A stretch of 64,000 nt of DNA from Selaginella moellendorffii (Eukaryota; Plantae; Lycopodiophyta). The translations under genes and the position numbers were made by a program. The notes under the pieces were generated by a model. It saw nothing but the letters and a program-made list of their open reading frames with translations. It searched no databases and was not told where the DNA came from. Positions 1 through 10,902 of the stretch are shown piece after piece. The DNA is taken from assembly GCF_000143415.4 (NCBI RefSeq), contig NW_003314302.1, positions 578,258-642,257 of the forward strand, read 5' to 3'. Positions within the stretch are counted from its first letter, which is position 1. Each line of letters begins with the position of its first letter.

Positions 1-253
1 ACCAAAACCAAAGGAGTCATCAATAACATTTTGAGATCCCCTACTACTTAAGCCTGCCATGTGAATTCTAGTGAAGACTCATTTTTTTGTTGACACAGAA
101 ACTGCACAAAGACTTGCCACCAACAACACTGTATGCATTTGGCACGAGCGAGTATACAGCTTCATATCCACGTCCAACTTTGATGGCCCAAAAGAGACAA
201 ACATCCTGTTTTTATACACAAAGGGTAAAGCGATGGACCAGGTCTCGCAAACA

Positions 254-1789
254 ATGGTGAAGGGCATCAAGGTTTACACGCCTGGCGGCCCAGAGGTAAG
301 CAAGCGCCATCGTTTCTTCCAGCTAGGGTTTCGCGATACCGCGAATTTCTTGCGAAATTCAGCAAGATCGTGCGCTGTTCTCGCGTAATTTCTCGGTTTT
401 CGTCCGGATTTCTCGTGTTTGGCTGGAATTTCTTGCTTGGTTGACAGTGTTTGCTTGGTTGAGCAAACTGTGATACTTGAGAAGGATTTGTTCATGTTCT
501 ATGTGATTCTTCTATTGCATATTGCGTGAAGAAGAACCCTTTCTTCGTTTTTGTCCTCTTGTTCTTTCCCCTATGCTGTGATCTTACAGGTACTAAAATA
601 TGAAGAACTGGACGTGGGAGAGCCTGGCGAGGGCCAAGTTAAGATCCGAATTAAAGCTGTTGGTCTCAACTTCATCGATGTTTACTTTCGAAAGGGGGCC
701 TACGGCGCCAAAATGCCATATGTTCCTGGTAAGCCCAGCCAGAGTATATCAATTCCTCTCATCGTTTTTTCATTCTTTTCTTCTTTGTTTTCGTATTGAT
801 CTTCTTTTCTTCTTTGTTTCGTTCTTCGTTTCAACAGGCTTCGAGTCCGCAGGCGAGGTCATTGCAATCGGTCCAGGCGTGACAGACGCCAAAGTGGGAG
901 ACAAAGTTGGATGCATGGGAGCTTTCGGTGCCTACGCTGAAGAACAGATTGTTCCAGCGCGTGCGTTAGTTCCTATTCCTGAAAGTGTGGACTTCATCAA
1001 AGCGGGAGCGATACTGCTCAAAGGAATGACCGCACAAATGCTGCTTCGAAAAACCTTCAAGGTTTTCTTATATTTTATCGGTTCTAGTTTCTTAGTTCTT
1101 CTGTTTTTTGTTTTCTCAGGTAGGACCCGAGCACACGATTCTAGTTCACGCCGCTGCCGGTGGTGTTGGCTCGCTGCTCTGCCAGTGGGCTCGGTCGCTG
1201 GGTGCTCAAGTCATTGGCTGCGTCTCAAACGAAGAAAAAGCTCGCCAGGCCACTGAGGATGGATGCCACCACGTAATCATTTACTCCAAGGAAGACTTTG
1301 GCAAGCGAGTCATGGCCATCACAAACAATAGCGGCGTTCACGTTGTCTACGACTCGGTTGGCAGGGACACGTTCCAGGTACCTCTTTCTTTGCAAAGTTC
1401 ACGCAAAGTTCTTTGCAAACTTCTTCGCAAAGTTCTTTCACAAGTTCTTTAGTTAGAGTTTTCAAACTTCTCTTTTCTTCCAGGGATCTCTCGATTGCTT
1501 GGCTACTCGCGGTTACATGATAAGTTATGGACAATCCTCCGGCGCTCCAGATCCTTTCACAATGTCCATACTCGCTCCAAAGTCGCTCTTCCTCACCAGG
1601 CCATCGCTGATCCAGTATACCACCAACAGGGACGAGCTACTGGAGATTGCCAATGATCTCTTCCACAACGTCGAGGCCGGAGTTCTCAAAGTCCGCGTGA
1701 ACCAGACTTACCCTCTCTCGGACGCAGCAAAGGCTCACGATGATATCGAGAATCGAAGAACAACTGGCTCTACTGTCCTTATACCATAG
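254..1789 (+). CDS. NADPH:quinone oxidoreductase (zeta-crystallin/MDR family), 5 exons
   Basis: Exons approx. 254-295 (alternative in-frame ATG at 233), 590-728, 838-1061, 1120-1377, 1484-1789, all with GT-AG introns. Motifs GLNFIDVYFRKG, HAAAGGVG (nucleotide binding), YDSVG, RRTTGSTVL. Confidence 0.93.
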
Positions 1790-1824
1790 ATAGTTTACAG
1801 CTCGAGAAAAGCTTGCGATACCTC

Positions 1825-4800
1825 TTAAGCTTTGAGATAAAGCTCTATGTTTTCGACGCCGCAGAGCATTCGCACCTTGTCTATCGTGGCTGGGGCGTCC
1901 AGCTGGAAATAAGGCTCCGGATCGCGGAGGTTCTTACGAGCAGCAGCTATGGCGTGCCTGAGAGCACCGTGCACTGACGATGCCAGGAGCAAAGGTGGCT
2001 CTCCAGAAGCTACACAATTCAAGGAGCTCGATCAAGACGATCGCTAAGGAACAGCATAGGAAAGAAAGGAGTGGAGGCTTGCCTTTGGATGACAGTATCC
2101 TGTGCTCGTGAACTTTGCTGTTGAGGAGCTCCACATTGAGACGGCGAGGTAAGTTGTCCAGCGTTGGAGGCTTGTACGTCCATGTTCCATCGTTTATAAG
2201 CTTTCCTTGCTCGTCGTGGCGATGCTCCTCGGATGTAAAGAATCCCACGCCTTGAGCAAACGCACCCTCGATCTGGAAATGAAGAATCTCTCTAAGAGCT
2301 TGCAATAGTTTCTGGAAATATGTTACCTGTCCAATGTCCACGGCCGGATTTATGCTCTTCCCACAGTCGTAGACAATGTCGGTTTGGAGAATTTCGTACT
2401 CGCCAGTGAGAACATCGATCTCAACCTTGACAAGAGAAAATCCAAGCCATGGATGAAACCAAAACAAAACAAAAAATAAGAAAATGAAAGAACAAGAGAT
2501 GGATAAAACGATCTTACCTCACTAGCAGCAGCACCATAGTTTATGTACGTCAGGGCCTCAGGCGACGAAACGAAGGCAGTTTGCGCGGCCATCTCGACCC
2601 GAGCATTCTTTGCCTGCAAAACATTAAAGGATAGAAACGAAAGCAAAAATCAAAACAATCACAAACTTACAGCAAGAACGAGCGATTCCCACGACGACAC
2701 CGTCTCTCCATCCCGGCACTCAGCCATTCTCTTCTCATGAATCGGCTTAAAGCGGTTGACGAGCACCCGGCAAGCCTGCCGCACGGCCTCGCAGCTCGCC
2801 TCGGACGTGGTACTACCGCCAGTCCATCCACCGTGCGGCATGCTAATGGTATCCGCCTGGACCACCCGGACTCTCCCTACGTCCACGCAAATTCCACCGC
2901 CGAGCCCCTCACCCAGCGCGCTCGCCGCCGCCTGCCTCACTTTGGTCCACAGCCCCTGTCCAATCTCCACGCCGCCAGTCTCCACCACCACGGATCCATC
3001 CGCCATGATCGACACTCTCCCTGGCTGGTACCTCTGCTGCACAGTGTACGTGCTCTGCGACACCGCCACCCCGCGCTTCTTCCAAGCATTGGCTGCGTTG
3101 TATCTCTCCACTTCACGTAGCCGCTCGTCAACGTTTGCTCGATCTTTCAGCCGCGACCAGACCGCCGGGAGAGTGTATCCTTCCTCGCCCCCAACCGCGG
3201 CCGCGCCGTAGGCCGCCCCGGCGCTCTCGACCGAGTGGAGGTTGCGCTCCATGACGAGCTCCGAGCTCAAGTTTGTGAGAGCTGCGACGTGCTCGACCAC
3301 TGCGTCGGCGAAGAAGCAGCCTTGGACGTCGCCCGGGGCGCGCATAACCGTCCTGCTCGGGATGTTGGTCCGGCACAGCACGAACTCGAAGGAGAAAGCT
3401 CCCCAGTTGAGCTTCTTAAGGGCGGAGAGCACCCCCATTGGCATGACAGGGGTGAATTCTGGCGACCAGCCTCCTTGGATGAAGATCTTGGCGTGGAGGG
3501 CGTTGATCTTGCCGTCGGGCTCGAAGCCTACGTCGTAAACGGCCTTCATTGGGTGCCTTCCACCCATCATGATCATGTCTGTGTTGCGGTCGAGAGTGAG
3601 GCGGACGGGGCGGCGGAGTTTGTACGCGGCGAGTGCGCAGGCAGAGGCAACCTGCACGATTCATGCTTAGAACCAAGGGTGTAAAAGGGAATGCGAGAAA
3701 ACGAAGATGAGAAAAAGGAAGTGCTCGCAACAAAAACCATAGTTTTGATGCAAGAAGATGCAAAACTGTAGACTACTTACCAGGCAGGCTTTGGTGCCTT
3801 TGCCTCCAAATCCTCCGCCAACTCGTCGGGTGATGACTCTCACGTTGTGCATGGGCAAGCCGAGGCAGGCTGACACGCTGTGTTGCACAAAGTCGGGGCT
3901 CTGGCAGGAACTGTAGACGACGAGACAGTTGTCCTCGTCCGGAACGACCAACGCAGTCTGTGGTTCCATGTAGAAATAGTACTGCGACCCTGTGCGCACC
4001 TGGAAGTTCCACTCGTGATCAAAACGTGCTTGCAAAAGAAAAATTGCTCCGTTTTACCTCAGCGTTTTCGATCTTAAGACTGGCCTTGGCCATCTCTTCG
4101 GCAACATTACCGTGTTTGTCCTTCATCACATCCTTGCAAAACTGTGGGATTTCGTGGAGTTCCCCTCTGGCAACCGCTTCTTCCATGGTTAGCACGGGAG
4201 AGCCGACAGACTCCGTGTCGTAATCAATCACAACTTTGCCGGCGGCGGCCTTGGCGTTTCTCAGCGTGTCCGCAATCTGGACGAGGACAGGTTTAAAAAT
4301 CAATGGATTCGTCCGTAGCTTACCATAAGTCCGACGGCATGGCCCACGCACTCAACTTTATTCTCGGCGAAGAGCTTTTCTTGAGAGAGATCGGAGACGA
4401 GGCCCATATTCTGTCCGCCAGAAGGAATGTCATCAACTCCAACGAAGGACACCGCGCCAGGCGAAGCCAGTGCATTCTCAAGCCGGATTCCGTTTATCTT
4501 TGCCAATGCTTTCGTACTGTAAACATAGACTGCGTGCACGCAGTCCCTCGGAGCTGGAATATCATCCACGTAAATAGCTTCACCTGAAGAGAAGTTTTAA
4601 GAACGAAAACTAAAACCAAAACAGAACAGCTTACCTGAAGCTTGAAGCTCTCCCATAACCTTGGACATTGGCTGTCCGACAGCTCCCTGGAGATGTTCTT
4701 GCAATGTCTGTCTCCCAGACATGATCTTTCTTGACGACCTCGGGGTGCTTCCATTCTGGGTCTGTGTAACATACGGCAGCTCAGGTACAATGCTGCTGCT

Positions 4801-6421
4801 TGGAGCGGCTAGAGAGCTTAAGAACTTGAAGAGGAAGCTCGCAACAAGCGAAGACCTGTAGTCGGCCTTCGAGGTTCCCTTCTTTGGCACTATACAAATC
4901 TTCGCAAGCTGGATGGCCTCCAACATAACTCCACTGTCCACCACCTTCCCTTCGAGAAACCTCTCAACTTCAGTAGCACGCTGACAAGTAGGCTCTCCTC
5001 CAAAAGCACCGAACGCGAGCCTCGACTCGCAAACTCGTCCGTCACCCGAGAGATTGACGAGAAACGCCGCATTCACGTAAGCCACGGCGTTTCCGAGAGG
5101 CCGAGGTGATGCCCTGTATGAGTCAAACCTGACGTTGTCCTGCTTGCTGTAGGATGGGATGCAGATCGACTTTAAAATGCTTTTCCCGTCCCATGTAGCT
5201 GCCACAAAGTCCTCCACAGACTGCCGTGATTCTCCAAACTTCTGCGTCACCACCTTGACCGAAGCGCCGGCTCCAACCAGTAAAGTCGCAATGTCGGAGT
5301 CGAAGCCGAGCTTCTGTGCCAGGATCAGATTTCCTCCCACGCTCCCCGCGTTTCTTACGTGCAAAGTTGCCACTTTTCTCATGTGCTCGGCCAACTTGAG
5401 ATAAACTCCGCTCGAATCACTGCGGCCAGAAGCCTTGAGGAGAGCTATAAGCTTGGATATCTTCACGGCAGCACCGACTTCAATCCCATCCTCGATAACT
5501 TTCTCCTCCAGGAGCTCTGGAACGGCACCAATCTCTATGAAAACTTCCGGACTGGACTGGAGATCGTCCTTGTAAATCCCTGTGCTGGTGTTTCCAGCTA
5601 CGAGCCTGGCCGTGTCTTGATACCTCTCGAGCATCGTGAAAACTTCCTCCAAACCACCCGGTCGAATCCATTTCTTCGTAGAACCCAGAGCAACGAGAGA
5701 GTGATCCTGACGATCCAGAAAGTCGGGGAACCGAGAACCTTCCAGTCCTGGATTGTAGCCCGGCAGGAGATTTCTATCCGGCGTATCTCCCAGCTTCCAG
5801 TAGGAATTTATCCCGAGGTCCTCAAGATCCACATCGCTGGAGAAGCTCTTGCAAATATCGGAGATCGGCCTATAGCCCGTGCAGCGGCACAGATTCGCAG
5901 CGATGGATTTCTCCAAATCCACCGTCTGCGTAGGCCTGGGCTGCGATCGCAGCGCGCCGTAGAGCGACATGCACATACCCGGCGTGCAAAATCCACACTG
6001 CGAGCCATGGAACCCCGCAAATCTCTTCTGGATCGAGTGGAGCCCGTCGCGGGAGTTTCCCAGGCCTTCAATCGTCGTGACGGCACAGCCGTGGAGCGAG
6101 CAGAGAGGCGCCAGGCACGAATTCACGGTGAAATCCTCGCTCTCGCCGCGGGAGGCGCTGTGCTTGGACACAAGAACCACGCATGCTCCACATCCTCCTG
6201 CTCGAAATATGGGGATTCCAGAGCTCAGAGCGATCAATCGATGAATTCTTACCCTCGCCGCAGCCGAGCTTGGTGCCCGTGAGCGCCGCCTCGTTGCGGA
6301 GGAATGCGAGCAGCGTCATGGAGGGATCGACATGGTGGAGCTCCACGCGATTTCCATTCAACGCGAAGACGAGAGATCCTTGCGGCGGCTCCAAGCAATC
6401 TGGAGATGGAGAGCTTCCCAT
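1825..6421 (-). CDS. AO: Aldehyde oxidase (molybdo-flavoenzyme; 2Fe-2S, FAD and Moco domains), multi-exon
   Basis: GTKLGCGEGGCGAC, SQCGFCTPG, NLCRCTGYRPI, FAD domain, GGGFGGKG, MRAPG, GGSTTSE, SKASGEPPLLLA. GGKGT and VMRAPG replace the XDH-type GGKET and AFRGFG, indicating AO rather than XDH. Confidence 0.93.
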
Positions 6422-6433
6422 CGATCGATCGAT

Positions 6434-6478
6434 CGAGAGAGAGAGAGAGAGATAGATAGATGGAGAGAACAGAGAGCT
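6434..6478. repeat. (GA)n / (GATA)n microsatellite in the AO 5' leader
   Basis: gagagagagagagagagatagatagatggagagaacagagag directly upstream of the AO ATG. Confidence 0.8.
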
Positions 6479-6789
6479 GACCCTATTTCTTCTTTCCTGT
6501 CCACGCGTCCGGGTGGATCACGTCATAAGAGCTTGTGCCAAATCAAACCACGTCGTCGTCGTGGAATGGTGGTTTTTTAAAACGCATCTCCATTTTAAAA
6601 CGCATCTCCATTGTAGCCCTTATAGGATCATCAGAGGAAAGGCAAGCAAGCACAACCCTAGCAATGATAGCCTCCGGGCATCTGCAGCTTATTGGGTTTT
6701 CTTTGACGAAAGAAAGAGAATCAAGACGATACCTTGTGTTCCACCACCTTTTCTATGATAAACGAATCTGCTTTATCCAGGAAGGTCTT

Positions 6790-6910
6790 TGCCATTTGAG
6801 GCACCCTAAACTGAAAATGGGAAGACAAGAGTGGCCAAGAACTGCCCAGCATCTCCGCATTTGTGACTTATGTGAAGTAGAAGATGTGTTTCATGTTGTT
6901 TACGACCTTC
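6790..6910 (+). mobile_element. Relic of a non-LTR retrotransposon ORF2 C-terminal Cys/His domain
   Basis: Translation LRHPKLKMGRQEWPRTAQHLRICDLCEVEDVFHVVYD resembles the LINE C-terminal pattern HxLxxExGR...R.CxxC..VED.xH. Confidence 0.45.
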
Positions 6911-7099
6911 CACATTCTACACACTCAATTCCCACAGATCCCCTGGAATCTGAATCCCCAAATTGTTAAATAAACAGTGTTACTAATTAGTATTAGCATA
7001 TGGAAAGAATGGCTTTGTATAATTAAATTCCTTGTTACTCTTAGTGATGAGCATATTCCAGACATCAAAAGTGCAAATGCAAAACCTTCAACTATGTAC

Positions 7100-7570
7100 A
7101 ATAATTTGCTACATGTTGCATGTAGCAATGCTTAGTTTGTTTAATAGTTACTTATTAATCCAATTGATCAAAGAAAAGTTTATAATTTATAAACATAAGA
7201 TTAATCTTATTGCATATCAACAATTAGATGGTAGAATAAATAATTTGCTACGTGTTGCATGTAGCAATGCTTGGTTTTCTTAATAGTAGTATTATTTCTA
7301 CTTATTAATCCAATTGATCAAATAAAAATTTAGAATTATAAACATGTTTATAATTTATAAATACAAGATTAATTTTATTGGTAGAGTATACTAGAAAGTG
7401 TTTAAGAAATTTTATAAATTATAAACATGTTTATCAATTATAAATACAAGATTAATCTAGATAAATAACAACCGTTGGATAGTAGAATATCCTAGAATAT
7501 CCTAGAATATCCAAGAATATTCTAGATATATGCTCATCCCTTACAGGTTTGCTTAAGCAAACCAAAAATA
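7100..7570. repeat. AT-rich dispersed repeat, copy 1 (internal ~140-bp tandem unit)
   Basis: Unit taatttgctacRtgttgcatgtagcaatgctt...ttaatccaattgatcaaa...tataatttataaa occurs twice here and recurs at about 51.4-52.1 kb and, in part, 62.4-62.8 kb. Confidence 0.75.
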
Positions 7571-8089
7571 CAAATTTAATCGAAATAATATCGTAAACAA
7601 AACAGTTGTACATAAATGTAAGTAAAATTGTTTGCCATATACTGACACAAATCCAAGCTGAAATTAAGTGTGAGAAAAGAAACGAATGACAATCATTGAG
7701 TGATATCTGGCTCGGCAGCCAGCTAGAACATGCCGAACCTGTCGTATGCCACCTCCGCACCACCAAATCTTATGATCAAAATAAGATTGGGCCATCGGCC
7801 TGGCTCAGGTTTCACACTCGGTCAATTGGGCCATGTCGATCAAGCTGATATATATTAACACTATTGCCGGCTACCAAAGAGCAAATTTTAACAAAGAAAA
7901 ATGGACTTTTAATAAAATACGGGATCGTGTCCATTTATGTGAACAAGTCGCCGTCTAAACAAGTTGTGACCTGTAAAGCAAGGTTAGACACGCTTCTCTG
8001 GGCAGGCCATGCAATTATAAATGAGTCCCTCCTTGACCGCCTAAGTTTTGGAAGTCTTGCTGGGAGCAAAGCTAGAGCCGCCCACACCT

Positions 8090-8097
8090 TATAAATA
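8090..8097 (+). promoter_or_regulatory. TATA box of the KP4-like gene
   Basis: TATAAATA about 35 bp upstream of the ATG at 8131. Confidence 0.6.
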
Positions 8098-8130
8098 AAG
8101 GGCTCAAGATCTATCAGTCACTTAGTAACC

Positions 8131-8501
8131 ATGAAGTCGATGAACATGGCGCTAGCTCTCAATGTCTTACTTGTGAATCTCATGATCATCATGTTGTTGC
8201 GGGGCTCTCATGCTCAGGACTCCTACTCGCGCGCTGGCTCTACACTGTGCAGGGACCTCGCACAGAGCGACTGTGATGCTGCTCGCCGCCAGATTCAGCC
8301 TAGCCCGGCGGCAGCAAAGGCTCCAGCGGCGTCTGCTCCGGCCACTGTGGCCTCTTTGTCTCTGGCTCCAACTGCGACCTCAATGGCTCCGAGATGATCA
8401 CTGCCTTTGACGAACCCCGTGCTCGCAACTGCGCCAAGTGTGGTATCAAGACTTACAATGACGGCTGCCAGTTCAAGGCGGATTATGTCACAGGTTGCTA
8501 A
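8131..8501 (+). pseudogene. Secreted Cys-rich KP4 killer-toxin-like protein, frameshifted at about 8304
   Basis: Signal peptide plus QDSYSRAGSTLCRDLAQSDCDAARRQIQPS. The -1 frame from 8304 reads PGGSKGSSGVCSGHCGLFVSGSNCDLNGSEMITAFDEPRARNCAKCGIKTYNDGCQFKADYVTGC* (TAA 8499-8501). Intronless, 9 Cys. Confidence 0.65.
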
Positions 8502-9099
8502 GCGCACTTTAAATCTTCTCAAGAAAACTAAAAATATATATACGACGGTATGTCTGAGCTTGGCATAAAAACGATTCTTCGGTCGTTTCTTTGCTATCCG
8601 AGGTTCTAGATTCCCGTGGGTGTATCAGGAAATAAAAACAGCAACAATTTGATGAGAACCAAAGTGGAAAGACAAGCAATCAAGTAAGCGCTGGGAATCT
8701 TGCGCTCTTAGTTTACAGTTTCTTTGCTCTGTCAGTGAGGCTCCCAACCAGGTCGAGCCTACAATAAGATGAACAAACGAGGAATGCAGCTCCATATAGG
8801 ATGCGCAAGCTCGCAGATCTGGACAGCAAGAACAGCAACGGTATAAACACAACTCACAGAGTAAAAGTTCCAGCTTATCACAACAAACATCTAAGATCCA
8901 ATCAAAACTTAGAATGATGAGGACGATGAAAGTGATAAGGGAGTGCATGCGCTGCCATCAGCCCATGTATAAACACAGCAGGTGTCCATGAAGCTACATG
9001 TGTCACCTGTTGGCGTTCAGGGCAGTGGTATCTGGCGAGGACGACATCTTCTTCGCGATCGCCTTCTAATCCACATCACAGTCCGAGTCGCTATCCGCT

Positions 9100-9720
9100 A
9101 GAATGACGTGGCAGCGTCAACACGAATACAGATTTGTGCCCCAAAAGTCGATGAGGAAGAATTGTTCATGGGCATCTTCCTGCGACTCGATGTTGATGCG
9201 AGTGGTGGCGCTGCTCCTGGTACTGCATTTCTTTCAGGAAGCAGTATGTTCTCTGGGACCGTTCGAGCCCACTTCTCTGCCTCTCGCCCGCCTGTCTACA
9301 CAGTTTGGAAGATGCTCTGTTGAGGAGGTTGATAGCATTGAGACGATATGTGGATCCTGAGACAGGGATTTATCGGATTGCAGTGCTCAACACCAAGACA
9401 GTGAGTGTTTAGGGAGTTTGTTGTCCACCCTTTCCAGTACAATTCTGGCTCCGGAAGCTGGGGGAATCCATGACTTGTCCAATCCTGACTGAGGGAGAGG
9501 ATCGCTTCTATGACCTGCTACAATGGAGTCTGGCAAGCGGTGAGCCAGGATCCATTCGGCTACTGGCAGATATTGTGTGAGGATTTTGCTGGTACAAGCG
9601 TGCTAGCTAGAGAAGGATGAGGATGGCTCACACTCAGCCATGGTCGCATCTGGGAAATATTACTGGCCACTTCGTGATATCAACATGGGAGGTGAAGAAT
9701 GGATGGGGATGATGTGATTG
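9100..9720 (+). pseudogene. Degenerate coding relic, possibly an F-box-associated/kelch-type propeller
   Basis: Broken frames give YVDPETGIYRIAVLNT, FQYNSGSGSW and SMTCYNGV, reminiscent of plant F-box C-terminal blades; many stops. Confidence 0.3.
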
Positions 9721-10902
9721 TTGTTGCCAACTGTATGGGATAATTTTGTGTTCTTATCTGTATTGTGGTCATTTGGAAAAAGAGTTTGCATATTTTTTTA
9801 CCCGTGACCTATACATTTGCACCAATCTCAAAATTGGAGAATTAGATTTACAAACTTTATATTTATGCTATAAGTGTACAATTATAATATTGTATATTAA
9901 TATTAGTGTAATGGGATTTTAATAATTGAGATTGTCAAAATCTTGTGCATGCATTTTCAGCCACTTTTGATTATGCCTTTTGTTTAGCACAATGTTATGA
10001 AATGTCATTTCTTCCACTTTTTACTACATATCCTTAAACTTTACTTCCTGTGGGAGATGGTTATATTCCAATAGAAGTTAATATTGCTGTTACTTGAGTT
10101 TCAATTAAGACAACCACTTCAAGTTTCTGACCTCATTTTTGGTATGGATTGATTGTGGTGCAATAATGCCAAATGTGACTTTAAGGTTTCTTCTCTTTAT
10201 CTCGTACTTCTTTATATTTTTTCCATTCCTCTCACTTTTATACCTCTTCATTCTTTTATTTTTACCTTTGCTTCCATCACTTTTATTTCCCCTTTACATC
10301 CTTTTATGTTTCTATTTTCTTCCTCTCTTCCCTTTTCCAATCCTTTCGATAATCTTTATATTATAGTAGTTTACCAGCTCATAAAGGAGTATGCCAATCT
10401 CTTTAAATTTGACTTGTCATTTGAGGCCAAGATTGCTATACGTCATTTTATTCCAATTGCAAATGCTCATCTAATAAAAGTTCTAGTTTGTTGTTGATTA
10501 TGCAAAGAGATCAAAATTTTATGTGCAAACATCAAAAAGATGTTAGACAAGGGTGTTATTCAAAAGTTGTAGAGTCCTTGGGCGTGTGAACCTCATCTTG
10601 TGACAAAGTCTAATAAAAGTATTCATTTTTGCATCGAATTAAATGAAGTGATAATTTCGGATGTGTACCTTCTTCCTCACACTGTTGATCTCTTGGATCA
10701 TTTAGGGAGAAGTCATTGGTTAACTAAGTTAGATTTTGTTTCTGGGTACTGGCAAGTACCGATGGCTGAAACAGATCTTTCTAAAAGTTTTTTTCATACA
10801 CCATTTGGTTTGTACTAGTTTTTAGTGATGCCATTTGGTTTGAACAATGTTTTAACAACTTTCCAGCAGATGATGAACGAAGTTCTTTGTGATATGCCAG
10901 AG

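Noticed and set aside
5359-6282. 307-aa plus-strand ORF and other antisense ORFs over AO, PPR and pol
   Set aside because: Shadow ORFs of GC-rich coding sequence on the opposite strand.
1825-6421. Xanthine dehydrogenase assignment
   Set aside because: Lacks the XDH substrate-binding Glu (GGKET) and Arg (AFRGFG) motifs.
8230-8232. C-to-U RNA editing restoring Cys (CGC>UGC) in the KP4-like gene
   Set aside because: Plant PPR editing is organellar and this locus is nuclear; point mutation is simpler and editing would not fix the frameshift.
8305-8397. Arabinogalactan-like Pro/Ala tail of the 88-aa ORF
   Set aside because: Better explained as out-of-frame read-through of a Cys-rich domain in the -1 frame.
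9860-10150. 5' LTR of element A pairing with about 50750-51000
   Set aside because: Only a short shared stretch (tgtatattaatatt.gtgta) and a TGGTAT at about 10140; termini and TSD cannot be established by eye.
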